This document shows, one piece after another, positions 56,526-64,000 of a DNA stretch of 64,000 nt. A program made the translations under genes and the position numbers. Source of the stretch: Bacteroidales bacterium (GTDB lineage: Bacteria > Bacteroidota > Bacteroidia > Bacteroidales > UBA11471); assembly GCA_045606385.1 (NCBI GenBank), contig JAZURX010000021.1, forward strand, positions 6,677 through 70,676, read 5' to 3'. Under the pieces are notes generated by a model. It had not been told where the DNA came from and did no database searches. It saw only the letters and a program-made list of their open reading frames with translations. The first letter of the stretch is position 1. Each line of letters begins with the position of its first letter.

Positions 56526-58139
56526 CTATGGTATGCGAAGTATTTGTCCGGGTTTCAAACTATTTGACTTTAATGAATTGGCGGTTTTTATTTGTTGTAC
56601 TGTTACACCGGTAAATTTACGTGAGATGTCCCATAAATTGTCACCCGAGCGCACTTTATAATATCGTATGCCGTTTTTAATCCATGTTTCTCCCGAAGTT
56701 TTATTTGCTTTTTGAACGTTTGACGAACTCTTTTTATTGCGTGAAACCGAGGAATTGACAATAAGTTTCATTCCCGGATATATGTTGTTGCTTTTGAGAT
56801 TATTCCATTTTCTAAGGTTGGCTACGCTGGTACGGTATCTGTGAGCGATGACCGATAGATTTTCTCCTGAGCGCACCCTATGATAGCCTTGCACGGGAAT
56901 ATTTTTTGCTGTGTTTATTTCGGCGGTGATACGTTGTGCATAGAGTGCCGATTGGTAATTGGCTATGGAGTCTTCTATTCCGGCATATTCGTATGCGTAC
57001 TCTTCGGGGAGTATCAAGGCATAGGAGGTTTTAGATGTAGAAGGTATGACATCGCGGCGGTATTGGGGGTTGAGTCTGCGAATTTCTTCGATGTCGATAT
57101 GGAGTACGTCGGCAATTTGTTTGAAATGCAGCCGTTTAGATACGATTACGGTGTCGGTTGCTGTGGGCAGTTCTATTTCTCCGGGTTGTATGTTGTGTGC
57201 GTCGTAATAATTCATAACATAGTTTGCCGCAATAAATGCCGGTACGTATCCTCGGGTTTCACGGGGAAGATAAGGATATATGTCCCAGTAGTCGCGTTTG
57301 CCTCCGGCGCGACGAATGGCTTTGTTTACATTTCCCGGGCCACAGTTATATGCAGCAATGGCGAGAGTCCAATCGCCAAAGGTTCTATGTAATTGTTGGA
57401 GATACCTAAGGGCTTGTTTGGTCGATTTTACCGGGTCGCGCCGTTCGTCGACGATGCTGTTTACTTCGAGCCCCATCATACGAGCTGTGCCTATCATAAA
57501 TTGCCAAAGACCTGCAGCTCCTACGCGCGAGACGGCATTGGGTCGTAGAGCCGATTCTATGACCGGCAGATATTTGAGTTCCAAAGGCATACCGACTTTG
57601 TCGATTTCTGCCTCAAATATAGGCTCGTAGTATATGTTGAGAGCCAATAATTTTTCGACCAATTCTCTACGTTTGTCAGTGTAGAGTGTTATGTATTCTT
57701 TTACCACTTTGTTGTAAGGTAAGTCGATAATGGTCGGTAATTGTCTTAGACGGTTGATGTATACCGAATCGGGGTAGTCTATGTTATCGCCTTTACGGTT
57801 TGATGGAGGTTGCAGGTTGGGCTGCTCTTCGGTAATGAGAGTGTCTACTCCGGTCGAAAGTCCTTCGGGAAGTACAATATCGTTGTCCGAGATAGTATCT
57901 TTTGTAGAGAGAATGTGTGTAACTTGGGGTGTTATGGATAGAATCGTCGTGTCGCTGGTGGTCGCGCTATCGATAGGTGCTATGTATGTGTCGATGTTTG
58001 TGGCGGTTGTATCGGCTGATGATACAATCTCAACTTTGTCTTTGTTTTTGTTCCTTTTTTTTCTGATGCTTATGGCCGATGCGTCGGTCGATGCAAAAAG
58101 GAAGATACTGAGTAATGTGGAAAATATGTATATGTTCAT
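56526..58139 (-). CDS. Membrane-bound lytic transglycosylase (MltD-like) with C-terminal LysM repeats
   Basis: 537 aa with an SLT catalytic region (ESALRPNAVSRVGAAGLWQFM) and two LysM-like repeats (YHRVRSGENLSVIAHRY, YYKVRSGDNLWDISRKF). Confidence 0.88.
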   Translation of the reverse strand: MNIYIFSTLLSIFLFASTDASAISIRKKRNKNKDKVEIVSSADTTATNIDTYIAPIDSATTSDTTILSITPQVTHILSTKDTISDNDIVLPEGLSTGVDTLITEEQPNLQPPSNRKGDNIDYPDSVYINRLRQLPTIIDLPYNKVVKEYITLYTDKRRELVEKLLALNIYYEPIFEAEIDKVGMPLELKYLPVIESALRPNAVSRVGAAGLWQFMIGTARMMGLEVNSIVDERRDPVKSTKQALRYLQQLHRTFGDWTLAIAAYNCGPGNVNKAIRRAGGKRDYWDIYPYLPRETRGYVPAFIAANYVMNYYDAHNIQPGEIELPTATDTVIVSKRLHFKQIADVLHIDIEEIRRLNPQYRRDVIPSTSKTSYALILPEEYAYEYAGIEDSIANYQSALYAQRITAEINTAKNIPVQGYHRVRSGENLSVIAHRYRTSVANLRKWNNLKSNNIYPGMKLIVNSSVSRNKKSSSNVQKANKTSGETWIKNGIRYYKVRSGDNLWDISRKFTGVTVQQIKTANSLKSNSLKPGQILRIP

Positions 58140-58151
58140 AGAGTATATAGT

Positions 58152-58850
58152 CTAAAATGTAATGGCGCATTGAAAGCCTATGGTCGCCATTGAATTACGA
58201 TTTGGCTCGATGACTGTTGGAGACACTTTCATTGAGAGATTGTCGGATATGTCGAAATTGTACAAATGTGCATCGACGTATGCCTCGATCATAGCAACGA
58301 AATAGACGCCAATCATGGAAATTACGCATAGGTCGCGATATTTTCGATAGTAGTCTTTCTTCTTTTTCATGGTACTTTGTAACCAAGACATGTTGGCATT
58401 TATCCATTCGGGGTCGTTGCGACGATTGTAGGAAAGGAAATTGATATAGCTGTCGGTGTATGGGTCATTGTCCATGGCATCGCGGTACGCTATGGAGTAG
58501 TCGGTGTAATATCGATTATTCCAATTGGTTGCATAGATGAGTGCTAAGTATCCGCCAATAATGATGGGTAGTTTCCAATAGCTGCGATTGTATATCTGCC
58601 CTAATCCGGGGCAAAGAGCCGAGTACCATACGGCTTTTGTCGGGTCGGGACAGAAAGCCAAAGTATCTACGGCTAAAAACGAACTGTCGACACTCCCGAC
58701 TTGAATAAAAGTGGTATCGGTCAATAGTATGTTATTGTCGACCGATACATCGTGTCCTTGTCGATTTTGTGCCGATGTCGTATAGCTTATTAGGCTCAAA
58801 ACAATTGTAATGAGCAGGCTTTTGGATAATATGTGTAATCTCCGGACCAA
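58152..58850 (-). CDS. DUF5683-like membrane protein
   Basis: 232 aa with the CPGLGQIYNRSYWKLP motif. The position between parB and the lytic transglycosylase gene is conserved in Bacteroidetes. Confidence 0.7.
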   Translation of the reverse strand: MVRRLHILSKSLLITIVLSLISYTTSAQNRQGHDVSVDNNILLTDTTFIQVGSVDSSFLAVDTLAFCPDPTKAVWYSALCPGLGQIYNRSYWKLPIIIGGYLALIYATNWNNRYYTDYSIAYRDAMDNDPYTDSYINFLSYNRRNDPEWINANMSWLQSTMKKKKDYYRKYRDLCVISMIGVYFVAMIEAYVDAHLYNFDISDNLSMKVSPTVIEPNRNSMATIGFQCAITF

Positions 58851-58857
58851 ATTTATG

Positions 58858-59739
58858 CTATTTCAATTTGTCAAAAAGTGCGATGAGTTTTTCCAATTCT
58901 TCTTCGTTTTTGAATGAGATGGAAATTTTCCCTTTGCCCGAGGCATTACAAGTGAACTTTACGGGAGTGCGGAAAAAGTCGGACAGGTGTTTTTGCAGTA
59001 TTTCGTATTCCTGTGTATTGTTTGGAGAACTGTTTTTATTTTCTGTTCTCGGAGTGTTGTTCTGTCCGGTAAATTCTTTGGCAAGCTCTTCGACTTTTCG
59101 TACGGAATAACCATGCTCTTGTATTTGCTCGTATAGTTTTAATTGTAGAGCGGGATTGTTGACTGCCAGCAAAGCGCGGGCATGTCCCATATCGATTTGG
59201 CGGTTTTTAAGGCCTATTTGTATTTCGGCGGGAAGTTTCAGGAGACGCAAATAGTTGGCAATAGTGGCACGTTTTTTGCCGACGCGTTCACTGAGGCGAT
59301 CTTGGGTGAGGTTGTATTGCTCGATGAGAGCTTGAAATGTAAGTGCTATTTCTACGGGATTGAGATCTTCGCGTTGAATGTTCTCAATAAGAGCCATTTC
59401 CATTACCGTTTCATCTTCGACGGTACGTACGTAAGCAGGGATTGTGGTAAGCCCGGCTTGTAGTGACGCGCGATAACGTCTTTCGCCCGAAATAATCTGG
59501 TAACTCCCATCATGCATTTGTCGTAAAGTGATGGGTTGTATGATGCCCAATTCGCGTATAGAGGTCGATAACTCGTTGAGAGATTCGGGATCAAATTCTT
59601 TTCGAGGTTGGTCGGGATTGGGCGTTATGAGTGAAAGCTCTATTTCGTTTATGGATGACGACCCACCGGTCTTTACGTCGTCCATTTTGATGAGGGCATC
59701 GAGTCCGCGGCCGAGTGCGTTACGTTTTGGTGTCGGCAT
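58858..59739 (-). CDS. parB: Chromosome partitioning protein ParB/Spo0J
   Basis: 293 aa with ParB-box motifs GIIQPITLR and IISGERRYRAS, plus an HTH region. Confidence 0.93.
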   Translation of the reverse strand: MPTPKRNALGRGLDALIKMDDVKTGGSSSINEIELSLITPNPDQPRKEFDPESLNELSTSIRELGIIQPITLRQMHDGSYQIISGERRYRASLQAGLTTIPAYVRTVEDETVMEMALIENIQREDLNPVEIALTFQALIEQYNLTQDRLSERVGKKRATIANYLRLLKLPAEIQIGLKNRQIDMGHARALLAVNNPALQLKLYEQIQEHGYSVRKVEELAKEFTGQNNTPRTENKNSSPNNTQEYEILQKHLSDFFRTPVKFTCNASGKGKISISFKNEEELEKLIALFDKLK

Positions 59740-59763
59740 ATATGAGTTTTTGTTGTGTAGTTA

Positions 59764-60534
59764 TTATTTGTTTTTTTCTCTGTATATCAACTCTTTTGCA
59801 AGTTGCATATGATTGAGCGCCCCTTTGGAGTGCGAGTCGTACATCAATACCGGAATGCCGTGACTGGGTGCCTCACTGAGCCGTATATTACGTTGTATTA
59901 CGGTGTCGAAGACCAGTTCGCGGAAATGCTTTTTGAGCTCTTCGTATATTTGGTTACCCAGCCGTAAACGTGAATCATACATGGTAAGTAAGAATCCTTC
60001 TATTTCGAGGTGAGGGTTGAGTCTTTCTCTGATAAGTTTGATGGTATTGAGCAACTTGCTGATGCCTTCGAGTGCGAAATATTCGGCTTGTACGGGAATT
60101 ATTACCGTATCGGCGGCAGTAAGTGCGTTTACCGTAATAAGCCCCAATGAGGGAGAACAATCGATGAATATATAGTCGTACTCTGTTTTTATTTCATCGA
60201 TAAGTCGCAGGAGAGTACGTTCGCGATTGGCGGTATTCAACAATTCGAGTTCGGCGCCTACAAGGTCGATGTGAGAGCATACGACATCAAGCCCCAATAC
60301 GCATGAACATTCTATGGCTTCACGCATGGAGCATTCTCCTATGAGGCATTCGTAAATAGAGGCCTTTATGGTCGATATGTCAATGCCTAATCCCGACGAT
60401 GCGTTTGCTTGGGGGTCGGCATCGATAAGTAGTACTTTTTTGTCGAGCGCCGCCAGTGAAGCTGCGAGGTTTATGGTTGTCGTTGTTTTTCCTACGCCAC
60501 CTTTTTGGTTGGCTATCGCTATGATTTTGCCCAT
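59764..60534 (-). CDS. parA: Chromosome partitioning ATPase ParA/Soj
   Basis: 256 aa from MGKIIAIANQKGGVGKTTTT (deviant Walker A). The track ORF has 7 extra upstream codons. Confidence 0.93.
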   Translation of the reverse strand: MGKIIAIANQKGGVGKTTTTINLAASLAALDKKVLLIDADPQANASSGLGIDISTIKASIYECLIGECSMREAIECSCVLGLDVVCSHIDLVGAELELLNTANRERTLLRLIDEIKTEYDYIFIDCSPSLGLITVNALTAADTVIIPVQAEYFALEGISKLLNTIKLIRERLNPHLEIEGFLLTMYDSRLRLGNQIYEELKKHFRELVFDTVIQRNIRLSEAPSHGIPVLMYDSHSKGALNHMQLAKELIYREKNK

Positions 60535-60837
60535 GATATATAATTTTCGAAGCAAAAATAATATAAATATTTTATACCATTTGTTATCGTAAGATGTTTT
60601 AATGTTCTAAGTGTTGATAACTTATTATTTGTAGAATATAGAATATGGCTCGGAATAAATAATATCCAATGATTTTTCTCTTTTGTTGTCTTATATTTGA
60701 TTGATGCAGGTCAAAGATAGTATATTACGCATACGATGTGGGAGAAATTATTGATATTTCACATTTTGAAAATTGTTTTCAGATGTTTTTAATAAAATTA
60801 AAATTGATACAATGTTGTTATTGTCGGGATTGTCTTG

Positions 60838-60845
60838 TATTTTTG
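60838..60845 (+). promoter_or_regulatory. -7 promoter box for surE
   Basis: TATTTTTG, 51 nt upstream of the ATG. Confidence 0.45.
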
Positions 60846-60896
60846 CAGTGAAACTCAGAAAGAACGTCTATTTCCAAACGAGTTCTGCATTGACAT

Positions 60897-61688
60897 ATGG
60901 AAGAAAATATTCAAAAAGAATCATCTGCATCATGTCGTATATTGATTACGAACGATGATGGTATACAGGCAAAGGGATTGCATAGTTTAGTTTCGTATGT
61001 GTGTGACATGGGTGAGGTGCTGGTGGTTGCACCCGATTCGGCGCGTTCGGGACAATCGGGGGCAATTACCTCGAATGTACCGTTACGTATGGAGTGTGTC
61101 GGAGAGGAAGAGAACGTGCGATATTATACGTGTTCGGGTACACCGGTCGATTGTGTGAAATTGGCATTGCATTGTTTCCCCGATTTCCGTCCTGATCTTG
61201 TATTATCGGGCATAAATCATGGGTCCAATTCGAGTATAAATATATTTTATTCAGGGACTATGGGCGCGGCGTTAGAGGGATGTATCGCGGGCATTCCATC
61301 GATAGGATTTTCGTTGTTGACTCATGATGCAGATGCCGATTTTTTACCCTCTCGAGATTATGTGCGAAAGATATGCAAAATGGTTATCGATAAAGGACTT
61401 CCTCCGATGGTGTGTCTCAATGTAAATATTCCTGTAGGAGAGATAATGGGACTGAAAGTATGTCGTCAGGCTCGTGGTTATTGGAGTGAGGAGTATCGTC
61501 CGTGTGTAGATGCTGATGGAAAAGAGGTGTATTGGCTGACGGGGTATTATGTAAATGTAGATACCGACGCTGATGATACCGATGAAGCAGCCCTTGCGCA
61601 AAGTTTTATATCGATAGTTCCGTCGACGTGCGATCAGACAGCGCATTGGAGTGTGTCGTCACTGCAAAAACTCGTCGAAAAAGAATAA
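60897..61688 (+). CDS. surE: 5'/3'-nucleotidase SurE
   Basis: 263 aa with ILITNDDGIQAKG and GINHGSN motifs. Confidence 0.93.
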   Translation: MEENIQKESSASCRILITNDDGIQAKGLHSLVSYVCDMGEVLVVAPDSARSGQSGAITSNVPLRMECVGEEENVRYYTCSGTPVDCVKLALHCFPDFRPDLVLSGINHGSNSSINIFYSGTMGAALEGCIAGIPSIGFSLLTHDADADFLPSRDYVRKICKMVIDKGLPPMVCLNVNIPVGEIMGLKVCRQARGYWSEEYRPCVDADGKEVYWLTGYYVNVDTDADDTDEAALAQSFISIVPSTCDQTAHWSVSSLQKLVEKE

Positions 61689-61746
61689 TATCTTATAAAA
61701 AGAAAGTATTTTGAGAGGGTTGAAATTGTGTGTATAAGGGGAAAAT

Positions 61747-61760
61747 TATGAATATTCATA
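61747..61760. promoter_or_regulatory. Candidate ArgR operator: perfect 14-bp palindrome TATGAATATTCATA with further TGAAT/ATTCA half-sites nearby
   Basis: TGAAT and ATTCA are the conserved ARG-box arms. Extra half-sites lie at 61766-61770 and 61793-61797. The arm spacing differs from the E. coli 18-bp box. Confidence 0.4.
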
Positions 61761-61810
61761 AAAACATTCAATTTTTTTCATAAAATTGAGTGTGAATAAA
61801 TTTTTATACA

Positions 61811-61818
61811 TATCTTTG
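61811..61818 (+). promoter_or_regulatory. -7 promoter box for argR
   Basis: TATCTTTG, 29 nt upstream of the ATG. Confidence 0.45.
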
Positions 61819-61847
61819 CGCCATAAATGGAATAAATATACGCAATA

Positions 61848-62330
61848 ATGAAAAATAAAATTAATAGATTAGAAGTTGTAAAATCGATTATTGAGACTCA
61901 TCGAATAGGGGGACAAGAGGAGTTGCTGAATTACCTCCGTGAGGAAGGATTTGAATTGACGCAGGCAACATTGTCTCGCGATTTGAAACAGTTGCAAATC
62001 GTAAAAGTAGCTCACCCATCGGGTGGGTATCAATATATGTTGCCCGAAGATGTGGGGCTTTCTCGCCGTCAACAACTACCTTCGGGAGGTTTTGCATCGG
62101 CTGCGGCTAATGGCTACCTTTCTATAGCTTTTTCGGGCAATTTGGCAGTTATCAAGACACGCCCCGGATATGCCGGAAGCATCGCTTCGGATATAGATAT
62201 GCATGCTATGCCTCAGTTTTTGGGCTCATTGGCCGGCGATGATACTCTGATTTTGGTTATACGAGAAGAGGCATCTCGCGAGGAGGTGATTGATGCGTTG
62301 CGTGTAATAATTCCGAACATTTCATTGTAA
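61848..62330 (+). CDS. argR: Arginine repressor
   Basis: 160 aa with a winged-helix N-terminus (QEELLNYLREEGFELTQATLSRDLKQL) and a C-terminal oligomerisation domain (GDDTLILV). Confidence 0.92.
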   Translation: MKNKINRLEVVKSIIETHRIGGQEELLNYLREEGFELTQATLSRDLKQLQIVKVAHPSGGYQYMLPEDVGLSRRQQLPSGGFASAAANGYLSIAFSGNLAVIKTRPGYAGSIASDIDMHAMPQFLGSLAGDDTLILVIREEASREEVIDALRVIIPNISL

Positions 62331-62363
62331 CTATAATTAAATACTTCGTTATATAGAATAAAA

Positions 62364-62921
62364 ATGGATAATTCACAAATAGATGTGATGGTAGCTGATG
62401 CCTCTCATGAGGTGTATGTCGATACAATATTGGATACCATAAGAGAGGCTGCAAAAGTGCGCGGAACCGGTATTGCCGAGCGTACGCATGAGTATATAGC
62501 GCAGAAGATGAAAGAAGGGAAAGCTATAATAGCTTTGAGTGGAGATGTGTTTGCCGGTTTTACCTATATAGAATCTTGGGGTAATAAACAGTATGTTGCT
62601 ACGTCAGGTCTTATTGTACACCCCGATTTTAGAGGGTTGGGATTGGCAAAACGCATCAAACATGCGTCTTTCCAATTGGCTCGTTTGCGTTGGCCGTGGG
62701 CGAAGATTTTTTCGCTTACAAGTGGAGCGGCTGTGATGAAAATGAATACAGAATTGGGGTATGTTCCGGTTACATTCAATGAACTGACCGACGATGAAGC
62801 TTTTTGGAGAGGCTGTGAAGGGTGTATCAATCACGATATATTGGTCGCCAAAAATCGTAAGTTCTGTATTTGTACGGCGATGTTATACGATCCCAAGGAT
62901 CACCCCGAAGATGAGATATAA
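62364..62921 (+). CDS. GNAT-family N-acyltransferase of the arginine cluster
   Basis: 185 aa with the acyl-CoA site HPDFRGLGLAKR. Lies between argR and argG, as in Bacteroides arg operons. Confidence 0.8.
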   Translation: MDNSQIDVMVADASHEVYVDTILDTIREAAKVRGTGIAERTHEYIAQKMKEGKAIIALSGDVFAGFTYIESWGNKQYVATSGLIVHPDFRGLGLAKRIKHASFQLARLRWPWAKIFSLTSGAAVMKMNTELGYVPVTFNELTDDEAFWRGCEGCINHDILVAKNRKFCICTAMLYDPKDHPEDEI

Positions 62922-62975
62922 AAGATTTCTTGTATATAAGTAAGAATTTGTTTCCGAAATAGAGATTATTGATAT

Positions 62976-64000
62976 ATGGAAAAGAAAAAGAAAGTTGTTG
63001 TGGCATTCAGTGGTGGTCTCGACACCTCATTTACAGTGATGTATTTAGCTAAAGAGAAAGGTTATGAAGTGTATGCCGCATGTGCCGATACCGGAGGCTT
63101 CAGCCCCGAGCAACTAAAGCAAAATGAGGAAAATGCCTATAAATTGGGTGCAGTAAAATATGTAACTCTCGATGTAACTCGTGAGTATTATGATAAAAGT
63201 TTGAAATTTATGGTTTTTGGAAATGTGTTGCGTAACGGCACATATCCTATATCGGTAAGTTCCGAACGTATATTTCAGGCGTTGGCCATTGCTCGTTATG
63301 CAAATGAAATAGGTGCCGATGCCATCGCTCATGGTTCGACCGGCGCAGGAAACGACCAAATACGTTTTGATATGACTTTCTTGGTGCTTGCTCCCGGTGT
63401 GGAAATAATCACCCTTACTCGTGATATGGCGTTGACACGTCAATATGAAATAGATTATTTGAATGAACATGGGTTTGCTGCCGATTGGACCAAATTGAAA
63501 TACTCGTATAATGTAGGACTGTGGGGAACATCGATATGTGGTGGAGAAATCTTGGATTCGGCACAAGGTCTTCCCGAGTCGGCCTATCTCAAGCAGGTGA
63601 CCAAGACCGGTAGTGAGCAATTGCGTCTTGAATTCAAGCACGGAGAGTTGTGTGCTGTTAATGGAGAAACATTTGATGACCCTATCGCAGCGATACAGAA
63701 AGTAGAAGAGATAGGGTCGGCCTATGGAATAGGTCGTGACATGCATGTGGGAGATACTATTATCGGTATCAAAGGGAGAGTCGGTTTCGAAGCTGCCGCT
63801 CCGATGCTCATTATAGGTGCGCACCGATTCCTCGAAAAATACACACTCAGTAAGTGGCAACAATATTGGAAAGATCAAGTGGCCAATTGGTATGGTATGT
63901 TCTTGCACGAAAGTCAATATCTCGAACCTGTAATGCGTGATATAGAAGCTATGTTGCAAGAATCACAACGTAATGTCAATGGTACGGCAATTCTCGAATT
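62976..64000 (+). CDS. argG: Argininosuccinate synthase (3' end beyond the window)
   Basis: My own translation from the ATG at 62976 gives MEKKKKVVVAFSGGLDTSFTVMYLAKEKGYEVYAACADTGG...AHGSTGAGNDQIRFD. Open to the window end and absent from the track because there is no stop. Confidence 0.92.
   Translation, partial: MEKKKKVVVAFSGGLDTSFTVMYLAKEKGYEVYAACADTGGFSPEQLKQNEENAYKLGAVKYVTLDVTREYYDKSLKFMVFGNVLRNGTYPISVSSERIFQALAIARYANEIGADAIAHGSTGAGNDQIRFDMTFLVLAPGVEIITLTRDMALTRQYEIDYLNEHGFAADWTKLKYSYNVGLWGTSICGGEILDSAQGLPESAYLKQVTKTGSEQLRLEFKHGELCAVNGETFDDPIAAIQKVEEIGSAYGIGRDMHVGDTIIGIKGRVGFEAAAPMLIIGAHRFLEKYTLSKWQQYWKDQVANWYGMFLHESQYLEPVMRDIEAMLQESQRNVNGTAILE

Noticed and set aside
60756-60773. ATTTCACATTTTGAAAAT: parS-like inverted half-sites near parA
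   Set aside because: It matches only the TTTCAC/TGAAA arms, with the wrong central spacing relative to the TGTTNCACGTGAAACA consensus. This is too weak to call.
60535-60896. Possible replication origin in the parA-surE spacer (also the 164-407 spacer next to recF)
   Set aside because: I found no cluster of DnaA boxes (TTATCCACA or its complement) in either spacer. The only GTGGATAAA strings in the window lie inside coding sequence (37834, 39764).
63114-63959. 281-aa minus-strand ORF
   Set aside because: Antisense to the unmistakable argG reading frame (AFSGGLDTS, GSTGAGNDQIRFD). It has no recognisable motifs.

Overview
Chromosomal segment from a Bacteroidales-type (Bacteroidota) genome. The assignment rests on SusC/SusD pairs, TAnnTTTG -7 promoter boxes, lipoprotein Cys boxes, T9SS C-terminal sorting domains and the Bacteroidetes dcw gene order. 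No rRNA, tRNA, CRISPR array, transposase or integrase was seen. Left to right: a partial TPR-like gene, recF-DUF721 and a thioesterase. Next comes the N-acyl-glycine lipid pair (glsB/glsA-like), divergent from a complete dcw cluster (rsmH-ftsL-ftsI-murE-mraY-murD-ftsW-murG-murC-ftsQ-ftsA-ftsZ, with no mraZ or murF). Then yqeY-like, serS and an SDR. An AT-rich 0.5-kb spacer follows, carrying three repeated units, each with a tiny hydrophobic ORF. After that come aldose epimerase, mdh and gap. The most unusual part is a 16.6-kb, 12-gene, same-strand array (25.9-42.5 kb). It holds a truncated SusC-like/SusD-like pair, an STN-domain SusC/SusD pair, two lipoproteins and an ABC ATPase with degenerate catalytic motifs. 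These are followed by a tandemly duplicated [6-TM permease-like + ~400-aa membrane-anchored unknown protein] pair and an 8-TM protein. The array has no CAZyme, peptidase or regulator. Downstream lie a BspA-type LRR T9SS cargo, a LexA-like XRE-S24 repressor, trmB, mrp and purT. A pectin/rhamnogalacturonan-processing block follows (GH43, CE8, wHTH, two GH105-like genes of which one has a T9SS tail, and a CE12-CE8 fusion). The window ends with mltD-like, DUF5683, parB, parA, surE, argR, a GNAT gene and partial argG. All calls come from reading the translations and the DNA; no database search was possible.
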